Origin: Myxococcota bacterium
GTDB lineage: Bacteria > Myxococcota_A > SURF-8 > G963663525
Length of the DNA: 38,377 nt
Direction of reading: 5' to 3'
Assembly: GCA_963676915.2 (NCBI GenBank)
Contig: CAXXVK010000026.1
Location: 1 to 38,377 of the forward strand
The notes under the pieces are model-generated. The model worked only from the letters and a program-made list of their open reading frames with translations. It was not told the DNA's origin and ran no database searches. Position 1 is the first letter of the stretch. Every line of letters starts with the position of its first letter. A program made the translations under genes and the position numbers. Shown in pieces: positions 27,606 through 36,850 of this stretch.

Positions 27606-28298
27606 ATGTGTGAAGAAACCAAAACTCAACAACCCCGCGTTCCATTGATCGGTGAAAAAGCCCCTTCTTTCAAGGCCATGACCACCCAGGGAGAAATCAA
27701 CTTTCCCGAGGATTATAAAGGGAAGTGGGTGATTCTTTTCAGCCATCCGGCAGACTTCACTCCGGTCTGTACGACCGAGTTCATGACATTCGCCAGTATG
27801 CAGGAAGAGTTCAAAGAACTGAACACCGAACTGGTCGGTTTGTCCATTGACAGCCATTACAGCCACATTGCCTGGCTGCGCACGATCAAAGAAAAGATCG
27901 AATACAAAGGAATGAAGGACGTCGAAGTCACCTTCCCGGTCATCGCTGACCTGAAGATGGAAGCGGCGAAAGCTTTTGGCATGGTACAATCGGAAGTCAG
28001 CGACACCCAGGCCGTTCGGGCGGTGTTCTTCATCGATCCCGAAAGCAAAGTCCGGGCGCTGGTTTACTATCCGCTGTCCAATGGTCGCAACTTCGACGAA
28101 ATCAAGCGTCTGTTGGTTGCCATGCAGACCAGTGACAAGTACGGCGTGGCCACCCCGGCCGACTGGCGTCCCGGCGATGACGTGATCGTGCCGCCCCCCG
28201 GCTCTTGCGGAGTAGCCAAAGAGCGGATGGAGAACCCCGAGGACGACACTTACTGCCTTGACTGGTTCATGTGCTTCAAAAAACTGAACCTCGAATAA
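27606..28298 (+). CDS. Peroxiredoxin, Prx6/archaeal-type with C-terminal cysteines
   Basis: FSHPADFTPVCTTEF, YYPLSNGRNFDEI, TPADWRPGDDVIVPP, YCLDWFMCFKK. RBS AGGAGG. Confidence 0.92.
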   Translation: MCEETKTQQPRVPLIGEKAPSFKAMTTQGEINFPEDYKGKWVILFSHPADFTPVCTTEFMTFASMQEEFKELNTELVGLSIDSHYSHIAWLRTIKEKIEYKGMKDVEVTFPVIADLKMEAAKAFGMVQSEVSDTQAVRAVFFIDPESKVRALVYYPLSNGRNFDEIKRLLVAMQTSDKYGVATPADWRPGDDVIVPPPGSCGVAKERMENPEDDTYCLDWFMCFKKLNLE

Positions 28299-28318
28299 CG
28301 AATCATCGCTTCAGATTC

Positions 28319-28353
28319 AAAACCGCCTCGTGGCTACGGGGCGGTTTTCTTTT
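28319..28353 (+). terminator. Rho-independent terminator
   Basis: AAAACCGCCTCGT-GGCT-ACGGGGCGGTTTT followed by CTTTT. Confidence 0.8.
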
Positions 28354-28525
28354 GTTCCTGTTTTTCTATGAGAGATTCATGTCGTTGAGTTGAAAACTCG
28401 AAATAAAACAAAGTTAGAATGTTTGAGTATGTTGGATTGTAGATGTTTAACGTAAAAATATCTTGCCCATAAAAAAGAATTCGATACTCTTTTTACATCA
28501 ATTAGCAGGAATAGAAGGTTTATCT

Positions 28526-29041
28526 ATGGCAATACAAAAGACTGTTTTTACCGGGGCCGCGGGGGAACATTACATTATGTATCGCTTGCTGGAAATGGGT
28601 TATGTGGCGGGACTAGCCCCCGACGGAACACCTGACGTAGATTTGGTAGTTTCTCATTTGGAAGCAGGGAAATCCATTGCCATTCAAGTCAAGACACGAC
28701 GTCCAAAAGGTTCGGACAACGGTTGGCATATGAAACCGAAGCATGAAACTCTTATATCTTCGAATCTTTTTTACTGTTTTGTTGATTTGCCGGATGATCC
28801 GCAAATTTCTCCCATTACGTATATCGTCCCGAGTAAAATCGTTGCCGATGCCATTCGAGAAATGCATGTAATATGGTTGGGTCTTCCCGGAAAAAACGGG
28901 CAACCTCATAAAGACAGCAATGTGAGGCGATTGCTGCCAAACTATACTCGACTGCTAAAAAATCATCCCGATTCGAAAAAGTACGGTTCAGGGTGGCTTG
29001 ATATCTATAAAGAAAACTGGGATGGATTGGGACTCAAATAG
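28526..29041 (+). CDS. Stand-alone PD-(D/E)XK-superfamily nuclease
   Basis: TGAAGEHYIMYRLLEMGY..PDVDLVV..IAIQVKT gives the G..GE / D / QxK catalytic pattern. AT-richer than the neighbouring genes. Confidence 0.7.
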   Translation: MAIQKTVFTGAAGEHYIMYRLLEMGYVAGLAPDGTPDVDLVVSHLEAGKSIAIQVKTRRPKGSDNGWHMKPKHETLISSNLFYCFVDLPDDPQISPITYIVPSKIVADAIREMHVIWLGLPGKNGQPHKDSNVRRLLPNYTRLLKNHPDSKKYGSGWLDIYKENWDGLGLK

Positions 29042-29283
29042 TTTCTCTTTCAACTACCATGTCTATTGTCGCCCTTTCTCTAAAACCTTGCTGATTTGGA
29101 AAAGTGAACTCAAAGATCACGTTTTTTCGTTTTTAAGTGACACTTTGATTCTTGAACGGGGTTGTTTTGTCGGTGGCGGGGGGATTTCATCGGATTTTCA
29201 CTGGCTTTTAGGCGTCCAATGATTACATTGGATTTGTTTACCGACCCCCGGAAGGATGTATCGAGAACTTCCGGCTGAATGCA

Positions 29284-30036
29284 ATGGGCGGCAATATGTT
29301 GAAAGTGACCCATTCCAAAACGTCTTCCAACACTTTACTAGTGTTCGTGGTGTTGTCGTTCGTGCTTCACCTGGGGTTTTACAGCGCGTCGAAAAGTCTC
29401 GCCGCGTCGATCAAGAAAGAATACAAGCCGATGGTGGTCCGTATCGACCGCATCGAGCCTCCAAAACCTCCGCCTCCTCCCCCGAAGGAAGAGGTAAAGC
29501 CGAAACCGAAGCCCAAACCAAAACCCAAACCGAACCGTAAGCCCAAACCGAATAAGGTCACCAAACCGCCCGAGGAAAAGCCGCCCGAACCCGTTAAAGA
29601 GGTGTTCGGCGTCACCAAGGATACGGTATCCAACAGCAACAGTTCCGTGGCTGTTCGGGTGGGAAATACGTTGAATAAAGAAATGGAGAAAAAGGCGACC
29701 AAGGTGGCGGAAATCAAGGATTTACCCCCCGCGCCGCTCCAACCGGTAAAAAGCTATAAACTCACGACTCAGCCCGGGCGCTCTCATTGGAACACGCTGC
29801 CCCAATACCCCGAAGCCGCTCGTCGAGATGAAATCGAAGGTGTTGTGATTTTCCTCGTCGATATCGATGAACGCGGTACGATCAAGCGGATCAAGCTCTC
29901 GAAATCCCTGCGCAAAGACCTGGACTGGGCTGCGGTCAACTGGTTGAAAAAACAACGGTTTACCCCCGGAAAAATCGAAGGGAAACCGGTACCCGTGAAG
30001 GGGATTCGCGTTCCGATTCGTTTTACGCTGGACTGA
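29284..30036 (+). CDS. tonB: Energy transducer TonB
   Basis: TM helix with SFVLH, a PPPPP/KPKPKP linker, and C-terminal PQYPEAARRDEIEGVV..VDIDERG..RFTPG..GKPV..PIRFTL. The start may be 29296. Confidence 0.92.
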   Translation: MGGNMLKVTHSKTSSNTLLVFVVLSFVLHLGFYSASKSLAASIKKEYKPMVVRIDRIEPPKPPPPPPKEEVKPKPKPKPKPKPNRKPKPNKVTKPPEEKPPEPVKEVFGVTKDTVSNSNSSVAVRVGNTLNKEMEKKATKVAEIKDLPPAPLQPVKSYKLTTQPGRSHWNTLPQYPEAARRDEIEGVVIFLVDIDERGTIKRIKLSKSLRKDLDWAAVNWLKKQRFTPGKIEGKPVPVKGIRVPIRFTLD

Positions 30037-30172
30037 TTTCTTTTCCAAATGACAACCTTGTTTCTTTTTTTATCGGTGCCACGGAATTTTCGAGTGACGG
30101 TTTCGAGATTCTTCGGTGTTAGAGAAATGAAACGAAGGTTTGTATCGTAGAAGACTATCAAAGGAGAGTTCG

Positions 30173-32698
30173 TTGAAGTCTACGAAATTTCTCAAGATTT
30201 TCCATAGTTCATACCTGCTTGTCGCTATGTCGGTTCTTTGCTTGGCCTCGTTGGCGTGGGCGCAAAATCCCCAGGAATCGACCGAGATTCCAGCGGATGA
30301 GGCGCAAGTACCGACGAGCCCGGTGATGAATGAGGATGTAACAGCATCCCAGCCGACCGAACCCGCCGAAAACCTGTCTCCGATTTCCGAGACTGATTCG
30401 GTGGAAGAGACCGGAGAAGCGGTGTCCACCGAGGAACCGATGGTGGATATGGGAGATGGCGGTATCGTGATCGAAGGGCTGGAAGTTCTGGGAGAAGAGG
30501 AAAAAGCCAAGGTGGTTACCGAAGAGGGGATCGTCAACTTTCGCGGTAGAGTGCTCGAAAAAGGCACGAAAAAACCGATTCCCTATGCGGGGGTTTATCT
30601 GCCCGAGTTGGAGTTGGAAACCTCTACCGATACCATGGGGTATTTCGAATTCATCGCCGTGCCTTCAGGAATTCATCGAATCAACGTGCCCGTCACCGAC
30701 TACCAGCCTTACGAAACCCAGGAAACGTTTGTGGATAACGTGCTGACGGAAGTCACCTATTATCTCGAACCGATCCTGTATCGGCAGGACGAAATCGTTG
30801 TGTACGGGAAGAAGGTCAAAAAGGATGTCTCTCGCAAAGCCATCAGCGTTTCCGAACTGAAAACCATTCCCGGCAGCCAGGGAGATGCGTTGAAAGTGGT
30901 GCAGAACCTTCCCGGCGTGGGAACGGATATCAGCTCGGGCGGGCTGGTTATGCGTGGGTCCAACATGGAAGACAGTCGAGTCCTGATCGATGGTAGCGAC
31001 ATTCCCCTGTTGTTTCACTTCGGCGGCTTCAAGTCGGTTTACAACTCGGACCTGCTGGAAGACGTTCAGGTGCTCAACGGTGGCTTCGGGGTGGAATACG
31101 GCAACGCTACCGGCGGTATTGTGGATGTCAAAACCCGCCGTCTACGAACCGACCGTTGGCACGGTTACGTGGATTCTTCACTGATGGACGTGTCCGCGCT
31201 GGTGGAAGGTCCGACCGCCGAGGGGCAGGCTTTTGCCGGTGCGTTCAGGCGCTCGACCATCGATCTGGTGCTGCCGTTGGTCATGCCCGAAGATGAAGAT
31301 TTTTCGATGACCACCATGCCGGTTTATTACGATTACCAGTTCGTTTACGACTGGGAAATCAACAAAAACAACCGTTTACGTTTCGACTGGTACGGTGCGC
31401 TCGATAAAATCGAGTTCGTCACCAAGGGCGTTTCGGACGAAGAGCCGGAATTCACCGGAACCATCGGTTACGACAGCATGTTTCACAAATTGCGGGTCGG
31501 ATGGAACCTGACTACCCCTTCGGGATACGAACACGATCTTGCTTTGTCGGTCAACTATCAGACAATGAATTTCAACCTTGGAGATGATTTCAATTTCGAA
31601 CTGGGAGTTGTGAGCAATTCTATCAAATACGATGGTCGTCAGAAACTCAACAAAAACAACACCTTGGCTTTTGGGGTAGAGTTCTGGCCTAACTGGGCGA
31701 CCATCGATTCTGCCTTGATTCGTCCCCCCAAGGAAGGCGATGTGGCGGTGTCGTTTTCGAATTCCGAAACGATCGAAAGCGACCTGGATGCGATGTGGTA
31801 CTGGTATGGTTTGTACCTGAAGGACGAAGCTCAGATCGGTCCGGTGCTTCTTATTCCAGGCATTCGCTTCGATTACACACCCAATCTCAATACGTATTCG
31901 ATAGACCCGCGCATTCTTGCACGCTGGAAGATCATCGACCCCGTAACGTTGAAAGCGGCCTGGGGAATGTATCACCGTATTCCCGATGCGGACGAAATCT
32001 TCGAGCCGTACGGTAACGACGGGTTGGAGTTCGAACGGGCGATGCACTCGACCATGGGTGTGGAGTGGACCATCACTCCGAAAATCGACTTCGATTTCCA
32101 GGTTTATTACAAGCAGTTAAGCAACCTCGTAACCAGTGAAAGCGATCCCGAATCCGATAGGGCTTACAACAACGGCGGGTCTGGCTACGTGTACGGTGCC
32201 GAGGTCTTTTTACGACACCGCATGACGGATCGTTTTTACGGCTGGTTGAGTTACTCGATTTCTCGTTCCATGCGCAACGATGGTCCCGGCACCAAAAAGC
32301 GGCTGTTCGACCAGGACGAGACGCATAACCTCGTCGTTCTGGGAAGTTACAAAATCACGAAGGAATGGCAGATCGGTGGTCGTTTCCAGTTGACCAGCGG
32401 AAGACCGTACACGAAGCTGAAACGAAGTATCTACAATGGTGACAACGGCACGTACATCCCGCTGTCCGATTCCGATAAACGCAATACAAGCCGACTACCA
32501 TTGGCCCATCAATTGGACGTGCGCGTGGACAAGTTCTGGTATTTCAATACCTGGATTCTCTCGCTGTACCTCGACATCACCAGCGTCTATTACCACGCCA
32601 ATGCTGCCGATGTTGCAAACAATTACGACTACACAGAGGAAGCGTATTTCCGGAACATTCCGATTTATCCTTCCCTGGGAATTCGAGCGGAGTTTTAG
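30173..32698 (+). CDS. TonB-dependent receptor with an N-terminal carboxypeptidase-regulatory-like domain
   Basis: RBS AAGGAG before TTG 30173 and a signal peptide. FRGRVLEKGTKKPIPYA..STDTMGYF. Plug IPGSQGDALKVVQNLPGV..GGFGVEYGNATGGIVDV. The barrel ends GIRAEF. Confidence 0.92.
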   Translation: MKSTKFLKIFHSSYLLVAMSVLCLASLAWAQNPQESTEIPADEAQVPTSPVMNEDVTASQPTEPAENLSPISETDSVEETGEAVSTEEPMVDMGDGGIVIEGLEVLGEEEKAKVVTEEGIVNFRGRVLEKGTKKPIPYAGVYLPELELETSTDTMGYFEFIAVPSGIHRINVPVTDYQPYETQETFVDNVLTEVTYYLEPILYRQDEIVVYGKKVKKDVSRKAISVSELKTIPGSQGDALKVVQNLPGVGTDISSGGLVMRGSNMEDSRVLIDGSDIPLLFHFGGFKSVYNSDLLEDVQVLNGGFGVEYGNATGGIVDVKTRRLRTDRWHGYVDSSLMDVSALVEGPTAEGQAFAGAFRRSTIDLVLPLVMPEDEDFSMTTMPVYYDYQFVYDWEINKNNRLRFDWYGALDKIEFVTKGVSDEEPEFTGTIGYDSMFHKLRVGWNLTTPSGYEHDLALSVNYQTMNFNLGDDFNFELGVVSNSIKYDGRQKLNKNNTLAFGVEFWPNWATIDSALIRPPKEGDVAVSFSNSETIESDLDAMWYWYGLYLKDEAQIGPVLLIPGIRFDYTPNLNTYSIDPRILARWKIIDPVTLKAAWGMYHRIPDADEIFEPYGNDGLEFERAMHSTMGVEWTITPKIDFDFQVYYKQLSNLVTSESDPESDRAYNNGGSGYVYGAEVFLRHRMTDRFYGWLSYSISRSMRNDGPGTKKRLFDQDETHNLVVLGSYKITKEWQIGGRFQLTSGRPYTKLKRSIYNGDNGTYIPLSDSDKRNTSRLPLAHQLDVRVDKFWYFNTWILSLYLDITSVYYHANAADVANNYDYTEEAYFRNIPIYPSLGIRAEF

Positions 32699-32700
32699 TC

Positions 32701-33813
32701 ATGAAAAAGCCAAATCATAGAATCATGCGAGGGCTTTCGGTGCTGACACTGGCCTACCTGTTTGCAGGTGTTGCGTGTACTCCTCAATTCGACGACGCCA
32801 TGGCCAGTTTCGTGCAAAAACCGCAAATGCTGGTCATGACCCTCGACCCGCCGGAAATCGATGCAGGCGATACGGTGAGCGCGGATTTCCTGATGGCGGA
32901 CGAGCGCGGGCGGCTTCATCCCGAATTGGCGTTGTGGGTACGCAACGAGCCGGGTGATATCCAAACCAACGCCCGTTCCGGCATCGATGAGGGCCAGCAG
33001 CAAGGCTTTTCCGAAGGAGACGAGGGAGACGTGTATTTCGGAACGCCGGGAGACTATGCCTTCGTATTCGAAACCTACAATTCCAAAGAGTATCTCTACG
33101 ATGAGGACGGTTTTGCCTCCCAAACCGTGTTGTTGGTGGTGCCGAACGATCCGATCGACGAAAGCCAGTTCGTCGGGGTGGACATGGAAACGGCTATCGA
33201 ACAATATGCCACAGGCTTGATGGATGGCAGCGTTGCGTCGTTGATCAACTTCCGAACAGCCATTGTTTCCAAGCGTGAAGATAAAAACCGCAATCCGCAA
33301 ATTACGGGGTTGCGGGTGTTGCTCGACAGCGACGATAACGAGGGCGAAGACATAACCTTCACCACAGGCGAAGATACCCCGCTGGACTACACAACGTCTC
33401 CGGCAGCGATGAACCCCTATATCGTCACGGTTAAAAAGACGGTAAAAAACGGCAAAGTTCGCTACAAAAACGATATAGATATCGTGTATTTCGAGATCAC
33501 GGCTACCGACCCCGACGCCCAGAGTGAAGAAGAGTTGGAAGAAACCTTGCGGTACCAGTGGTTCAGTCCATCCTATCCTAACGGCGGAGAATTCAAGCAG
33601 ACCCGGAAACGGATTCAGGAATTCACGTTACCGACCTTTACCGCTGCCGATGATAAGAAACTGGAAGAACCCGTGCCGGAGGATTGCGTCGAAACCGATC
33701 ATCGCTGTCAACCGAACCTCTACCCGGTGTGGATCGTTGTACGGGATAACGGCGAGGATACGTCGTTGGGCAGCACCTGGGCGGAGTTTTACGTCAAGGT
33801 AGTGCTGGAATAG
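32701..33813 (+). CDS. Acidic lipoprotein co-transcribed with the TonB-dependent receptor
   Basis: Starts 2 bp after the TBDR stop. Lipobox AGVA-C, NRNPQI, LRYQWF, WIVVRDNG..GSTW. Confidence 0.7.
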   Translation: MKKPNHRIMRGLSVLTLAYLFAGVACTPQFDDAMASFVQKPQMLVMTLDPPEIDAGDTVSADFLMADERGRLHPELALWVRNEPGDIQTNARSGIDEGQQQGFSEGDEGDVYFGTPGDYAFVFETYNSKEYLYDEDGFASQTVLLVVPNDPIDESQFVGVDMETAIEQYATGLMDGSVASLINFRTAIVSKREDKNRNPQITGLRVLLDSDDNEGEDITFTTGEDTPLDYTTSPAAMNPYIVTVKKTVKNGKVRYKNDIDIVYFEITATDPDAQSEEELEETLRYQWFSPSYPNGGEFKQTRKRIQEFTLPTFTAADDKKLEEPVPEDCVETDHRCQPNLYPVWIVVRDNGEDTSLGSTWAEFYVKVVLE

Positions 33814-33827
33814 GGAGGTTTTGGTTT

Positions 33828-34368
33828 CTACCGCACGCAGCGGACTTCATTAAATTCGTCGTATTTATCGGAAGTCGTAATTTCACCATCGTGGAAATTA
33901 AACGTCCATGTTTTTCCGTCCAGCGTAGATTCCGAGGACCAGAAAGAAATCAGACACCAATCATCAAAATAGCTGGGCCATTGGCAATCTTCATCTTCGT
34001 TGCCGTACGTCAGACTTTTAAGTTCTCCAAGAACAGGTAGCCGCCAGTCGTCGCAGCCGCCAAGGGTCAGATTGTCGCAGTAATCCTTGGCATATTGTCA
34101 ATCTGAGAGGCCATCGTTAAATATGAGTTCCACATCCTTCTGCCATATCAAACCATTGTTAGGATCCCTGTAAATTTCCTCTTCTTCATCTGCTGCTGTT
34201 ATACTGCTCTTGTAACTGCAATAGTGAAATACACAAGTATTATTCTTTGGATAATTGGAATCCGAGGTACAGTAAGTATAATTGCTATCATCATCGTCAT
34301 CCGGCCACTCTTCGCATCCATATCCCAGAACTAGTAATAAAGAGTAGAAAAACAATCCAAGGTTTCAT
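33828..34368 (-). pseudogene. DUF1566 (Lcl C-terminal, CLec-fold) lipoprotein pseudogene
   Basis: Reading through the TGA at 34098-34100 gives [63 protein letters not shown]. ATG 34368 (RBS GGAG) is out of frame with the LVLGYG-C lipobox. Confidence 0.8.
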
Positions 34369-34396
34369 TGCGAATATCTCCAAGAAGTTCAATTGG

Positions 34397-36841
34397 TTAC
34401 CACGTTGCTTGCCACGTAACGTAGGTTTTTTGACCGTCCGTGCCGACGGATGGAAGATAATTGGAACTGTATTTCGAATCCTTCTTCATTTCGTTTGTCG
34501 CAATTCCCAATATGATCGATCCTACTGCTACAAAACCGGCACAAACTACACCAGCTACAATTGCTGTGTTTTTTGCTTTTTCGTATTTGCTTGTATTTCC
34601 ACTTTCGGTAACTTCGTCGTTTGCGATTTTTAATGCAACTAAGGCAACGCCTCCCGAAGTTGCTGCTCCAGCGACGGACCCAAGAAAAACATACATAAGG
34701 GTAGTTCCAGAAGAAGAGTCGGAAGACGAATAAGAGGATTTGTAGGGGGAAGTCGTTTCATCGGGAGAAGCGCTAACGGTTTTGATTTTCACAAGTTGTG
34801 CCGAAACGGAGGTTTTTTTGTTGTTTTCTATTGTAATCGTTTCCTCGAATCGTCCATTCGGACCGTTGACTTCAAGATTGTATGTTCCGGCGATAACCTG
34901 TTTTTTCAGCGGGGTTCGTCCCGCGAATTTGGAATCGAGCCAAACTTCATCATTGGAGGAACTCCATTTGCTACCTCTGACCATGACGAAGGCATTTACG
35001 GTCAACAACCCGCTGGAGTCGGTGCTTTCGCCAAAAAGCACCGGTCGTTTCAATTGTGCATGAACGAGGTGTTCTTTTCCTTCCTCAACCTTTATTTCGC
35101 CTTTAGAGACGGCGTCTCCATCACTGACTTCGATGTTGTAGGTTCCTTCCAGAACTTGCCGTTTGTAGGGGGTTCTTCCCACTCTCAGGCCGTTGAGTTT
35201 TACGTCCGCATCGATTACGGGCTTATGTTTGTCGTCCAGTTTCTCGAAAGCTTCGATTTTCAGCAGTCCGCGTCTAGCGGTTAATTTGGCGTCGAGGAGT
35301 TTGGTTTCGCCTCGTTCGATGTTCACCCGTTTCCTGAAGTCGTTGTGGGAGGTCAGCCGCAGGGTGATATCCCTGCTGCCGACCGCCAGCGGTCCTACGG
35401 TTGCGGGCGTTGCATGTCCGGTGCCGAGACCGTCCACGAACACCTTCGCACCAGAAGGTTCGCTGGTTACCCGCAAATGTCCGAAATTTGCCTTGAGTTT
35501 TTTGTCGATTGTGATCGTTTTACCATTACCCAGCATCACTTCGACGTTGCGGGTGAAGTACATTTTCTTTTTTAACGTGATTTTGTACTCACCGGTTTTT
35601 TTCATGGAAAACGTATGTGGCGTTTTATGCCCGGTGGGTTCCCCGTTGAGCCAGATATCGGCCCCTGCTGGGATGCTGTTGACTTTCAGCGTTCCGTGGT
35701 TCGGGCCGAGTTTCATGGTCAGTCGTGCGCCTTCCTGTTGAAGCCGAATCCGTTTGCGTGCCGGAAACCACAGCGCCCCGGATTTAACCTGCACTACGTA
35801 CTCACCGACCATCAGTTCCTTGACGAACGGCGTTACTCCTTCTTCCTGACCATTGATGAAAACCGTTGCGCCCTCTGGTTTGCTAAGGATCGATACATAG
35901 CCGTGTTCGTCCACGATGGGGTTCTCTATCCGGCTGCCGTCGTCGTCGAAATTGTTGCGGAAAGTCTGCACTTGCGTATCGTCGTCCACATCCTCCAAAG
36001 CCCGTACACGAATCACCTGGGAGAGCAGTTCGTCTACTGCGGTTTGGATCGCCGCTCGCAACGATACCTTGTTTTCTTTTAACCCTTTTCCCTTGTACGC
36101 TTCCTGGGAAGAAGCTTTGATGCAGCCGTCCTTTTCCAATTGCAAAGTCAGGCTGCGTTCGCCGGAGGGATCGCCCGTCAGTCGAATGCGTAGGTTGCTG
36201 TTCGCCGGAAAATGCGCACCGCAGGTGTCGGTCTGTTCCCTGGGGAGGGAGGCTTGCGCCTGGGAGACGACATCGAACTTGCTGCGTTCCCGCATCCGCG
36301 CCACAATGGCGTCACGGACCCAGACCGGATTCGACGCAAGGGCGTACTTGTCACCGACGACCTCTACTTGATCCACTTGAATTTTGTAAGTCGTGTTGGA
36401 GAAATAATTTTCGATAGCTTTCTCCACCGGCTCTATCCGGTGGGATCGAAGCGCAATGTTGCCGTCCCACGAGAACAGCAAGGATGTCGGCAAGTCCCTG
36501 ATTTCAAACTGACTTTGCAAAATGCCGTCGGTGTCGCAATAGGTTGCGTCCGGTGCCCAGTCCGCTTTCGAGCACAACCCTTCATCGGCGCTTATCACGA
36601 TAAACCGCAATCCCGAGCGCTTGTACTTACGGTGCAATTCCTGCCATTTCGGCACGGCGTCCATGCAGGGTTTGCACCATGTGGCGTAAAATTCCACCAC
36701 CACGAGTTTTACTCCGGGGCGGGAAAGCTCTTCTTGGATATCCAGGATAGAAGGATTGACCGAAGCATGACAAAGTACCGGAATACAAAGCAAAAACAGT
36801 CCAGCGAGCAGGCTGGCGAAAGTGGTTCGTCCCCTGAGCAT
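34397..36841 (-). CDS. Exported TlpA/thioredoxin-like domain fused to five PEGA domains and a hydrophobic C-terminal module
   Basis: Signal peptide. VVVEFYATWCKPCMDAVP..LPTSLLFSWDG. PEGA repeats S.PEGA.V..NG...G.TP, five copies with the last two divergent. Ser-rich linker, two hydrophobic segments, ends TWQATW. Confidence 0.8.
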   Translation of the reverse strand: MLRGRTTFASLLAGLFLLCIPVLCHASVNPSILDIQEELSRPGVKLVVVEFYATWCKPCMDAVPKWQELHRKYKRSGLRFIVISADEGLCSKADWAPDATYCDTDGILQSQFEIRDLPTSLLFSWDGNIALRSHRIEPVEKAIENYFSNTTYKIQVDQVEVVGDKYALASNPVWVRDAIVARMRERSKFDVVSQAQASLPREQTDTCGAHFPANSNLRIRLTGDPSGERSLTLQLEKDGCIKASSQEAYKGKGLKENKVSLRAAIQTAVDELLSQVIRVRALEDVDDDTQVQTFRNNFDDDGSRIENPIVDEHGYVSILSKPEGATVFINGQEEGVTPFVKELMVGEYVVQVKSGALWFPARKRIRLQQEGARLTMKLGPNHGTLKVNSIPAGADIWLNGEPTGHKTPHTFSMKKTGEYKITLKKKMYFTRNVEVMLGNGKTITIDKKLKANFGHLRVTSEPSGAKVFVDGLGTGHATPATVGPLAVGSRDITLRLTSHNDFRKRVNIERGETKLLDAKLTARRGLLKIEAFEKLDDKHKPVIDADVKLNGLRVGRTPYKRQVLEGTYNIEVSDGDAVSKGEIKVEEGKEHLVHAQLKRPVLFGESTDSSGLLTVNAFVMVRGSKWSSSNDEVWLDSKFAGRTPLKKQVIAGTYNLEVNGPNGRFEETITIENNKKTSVSAQLVKIKTVSASPDETTSPYKSSYSSSDSSSGTTLMYVFLGSVAGAATSGGVALVALKIANDEVTESGNTSKYEKAKNTAIVAGVVCAGFVAVGSIILGIATNEMKKDSKYSSNYLPSVGTDGQKTYVTWQATW

Positions 36842-36850
36842 AATTTACAG

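Noticed and set aside
29041-29283. Cobalamin riboswitch ahead of the TonB system
   Set aside because: The conserved GGGAA..GGTG..AATCC and B12-box elements were not found.
33828-33960. DGR variable region in the DUF1566 gene
   Set aside because: No template repeat or reverse transcriptase is visible in the window.
34098-34100. TGA recoded as Trp or selenocysteine
   Set aside because: TGA terminates many intact genes here (dnaB, larB, larC, lexA, tonB). The same gene also has an independent frameshift, and the position is a conserved Trp, not Cys.
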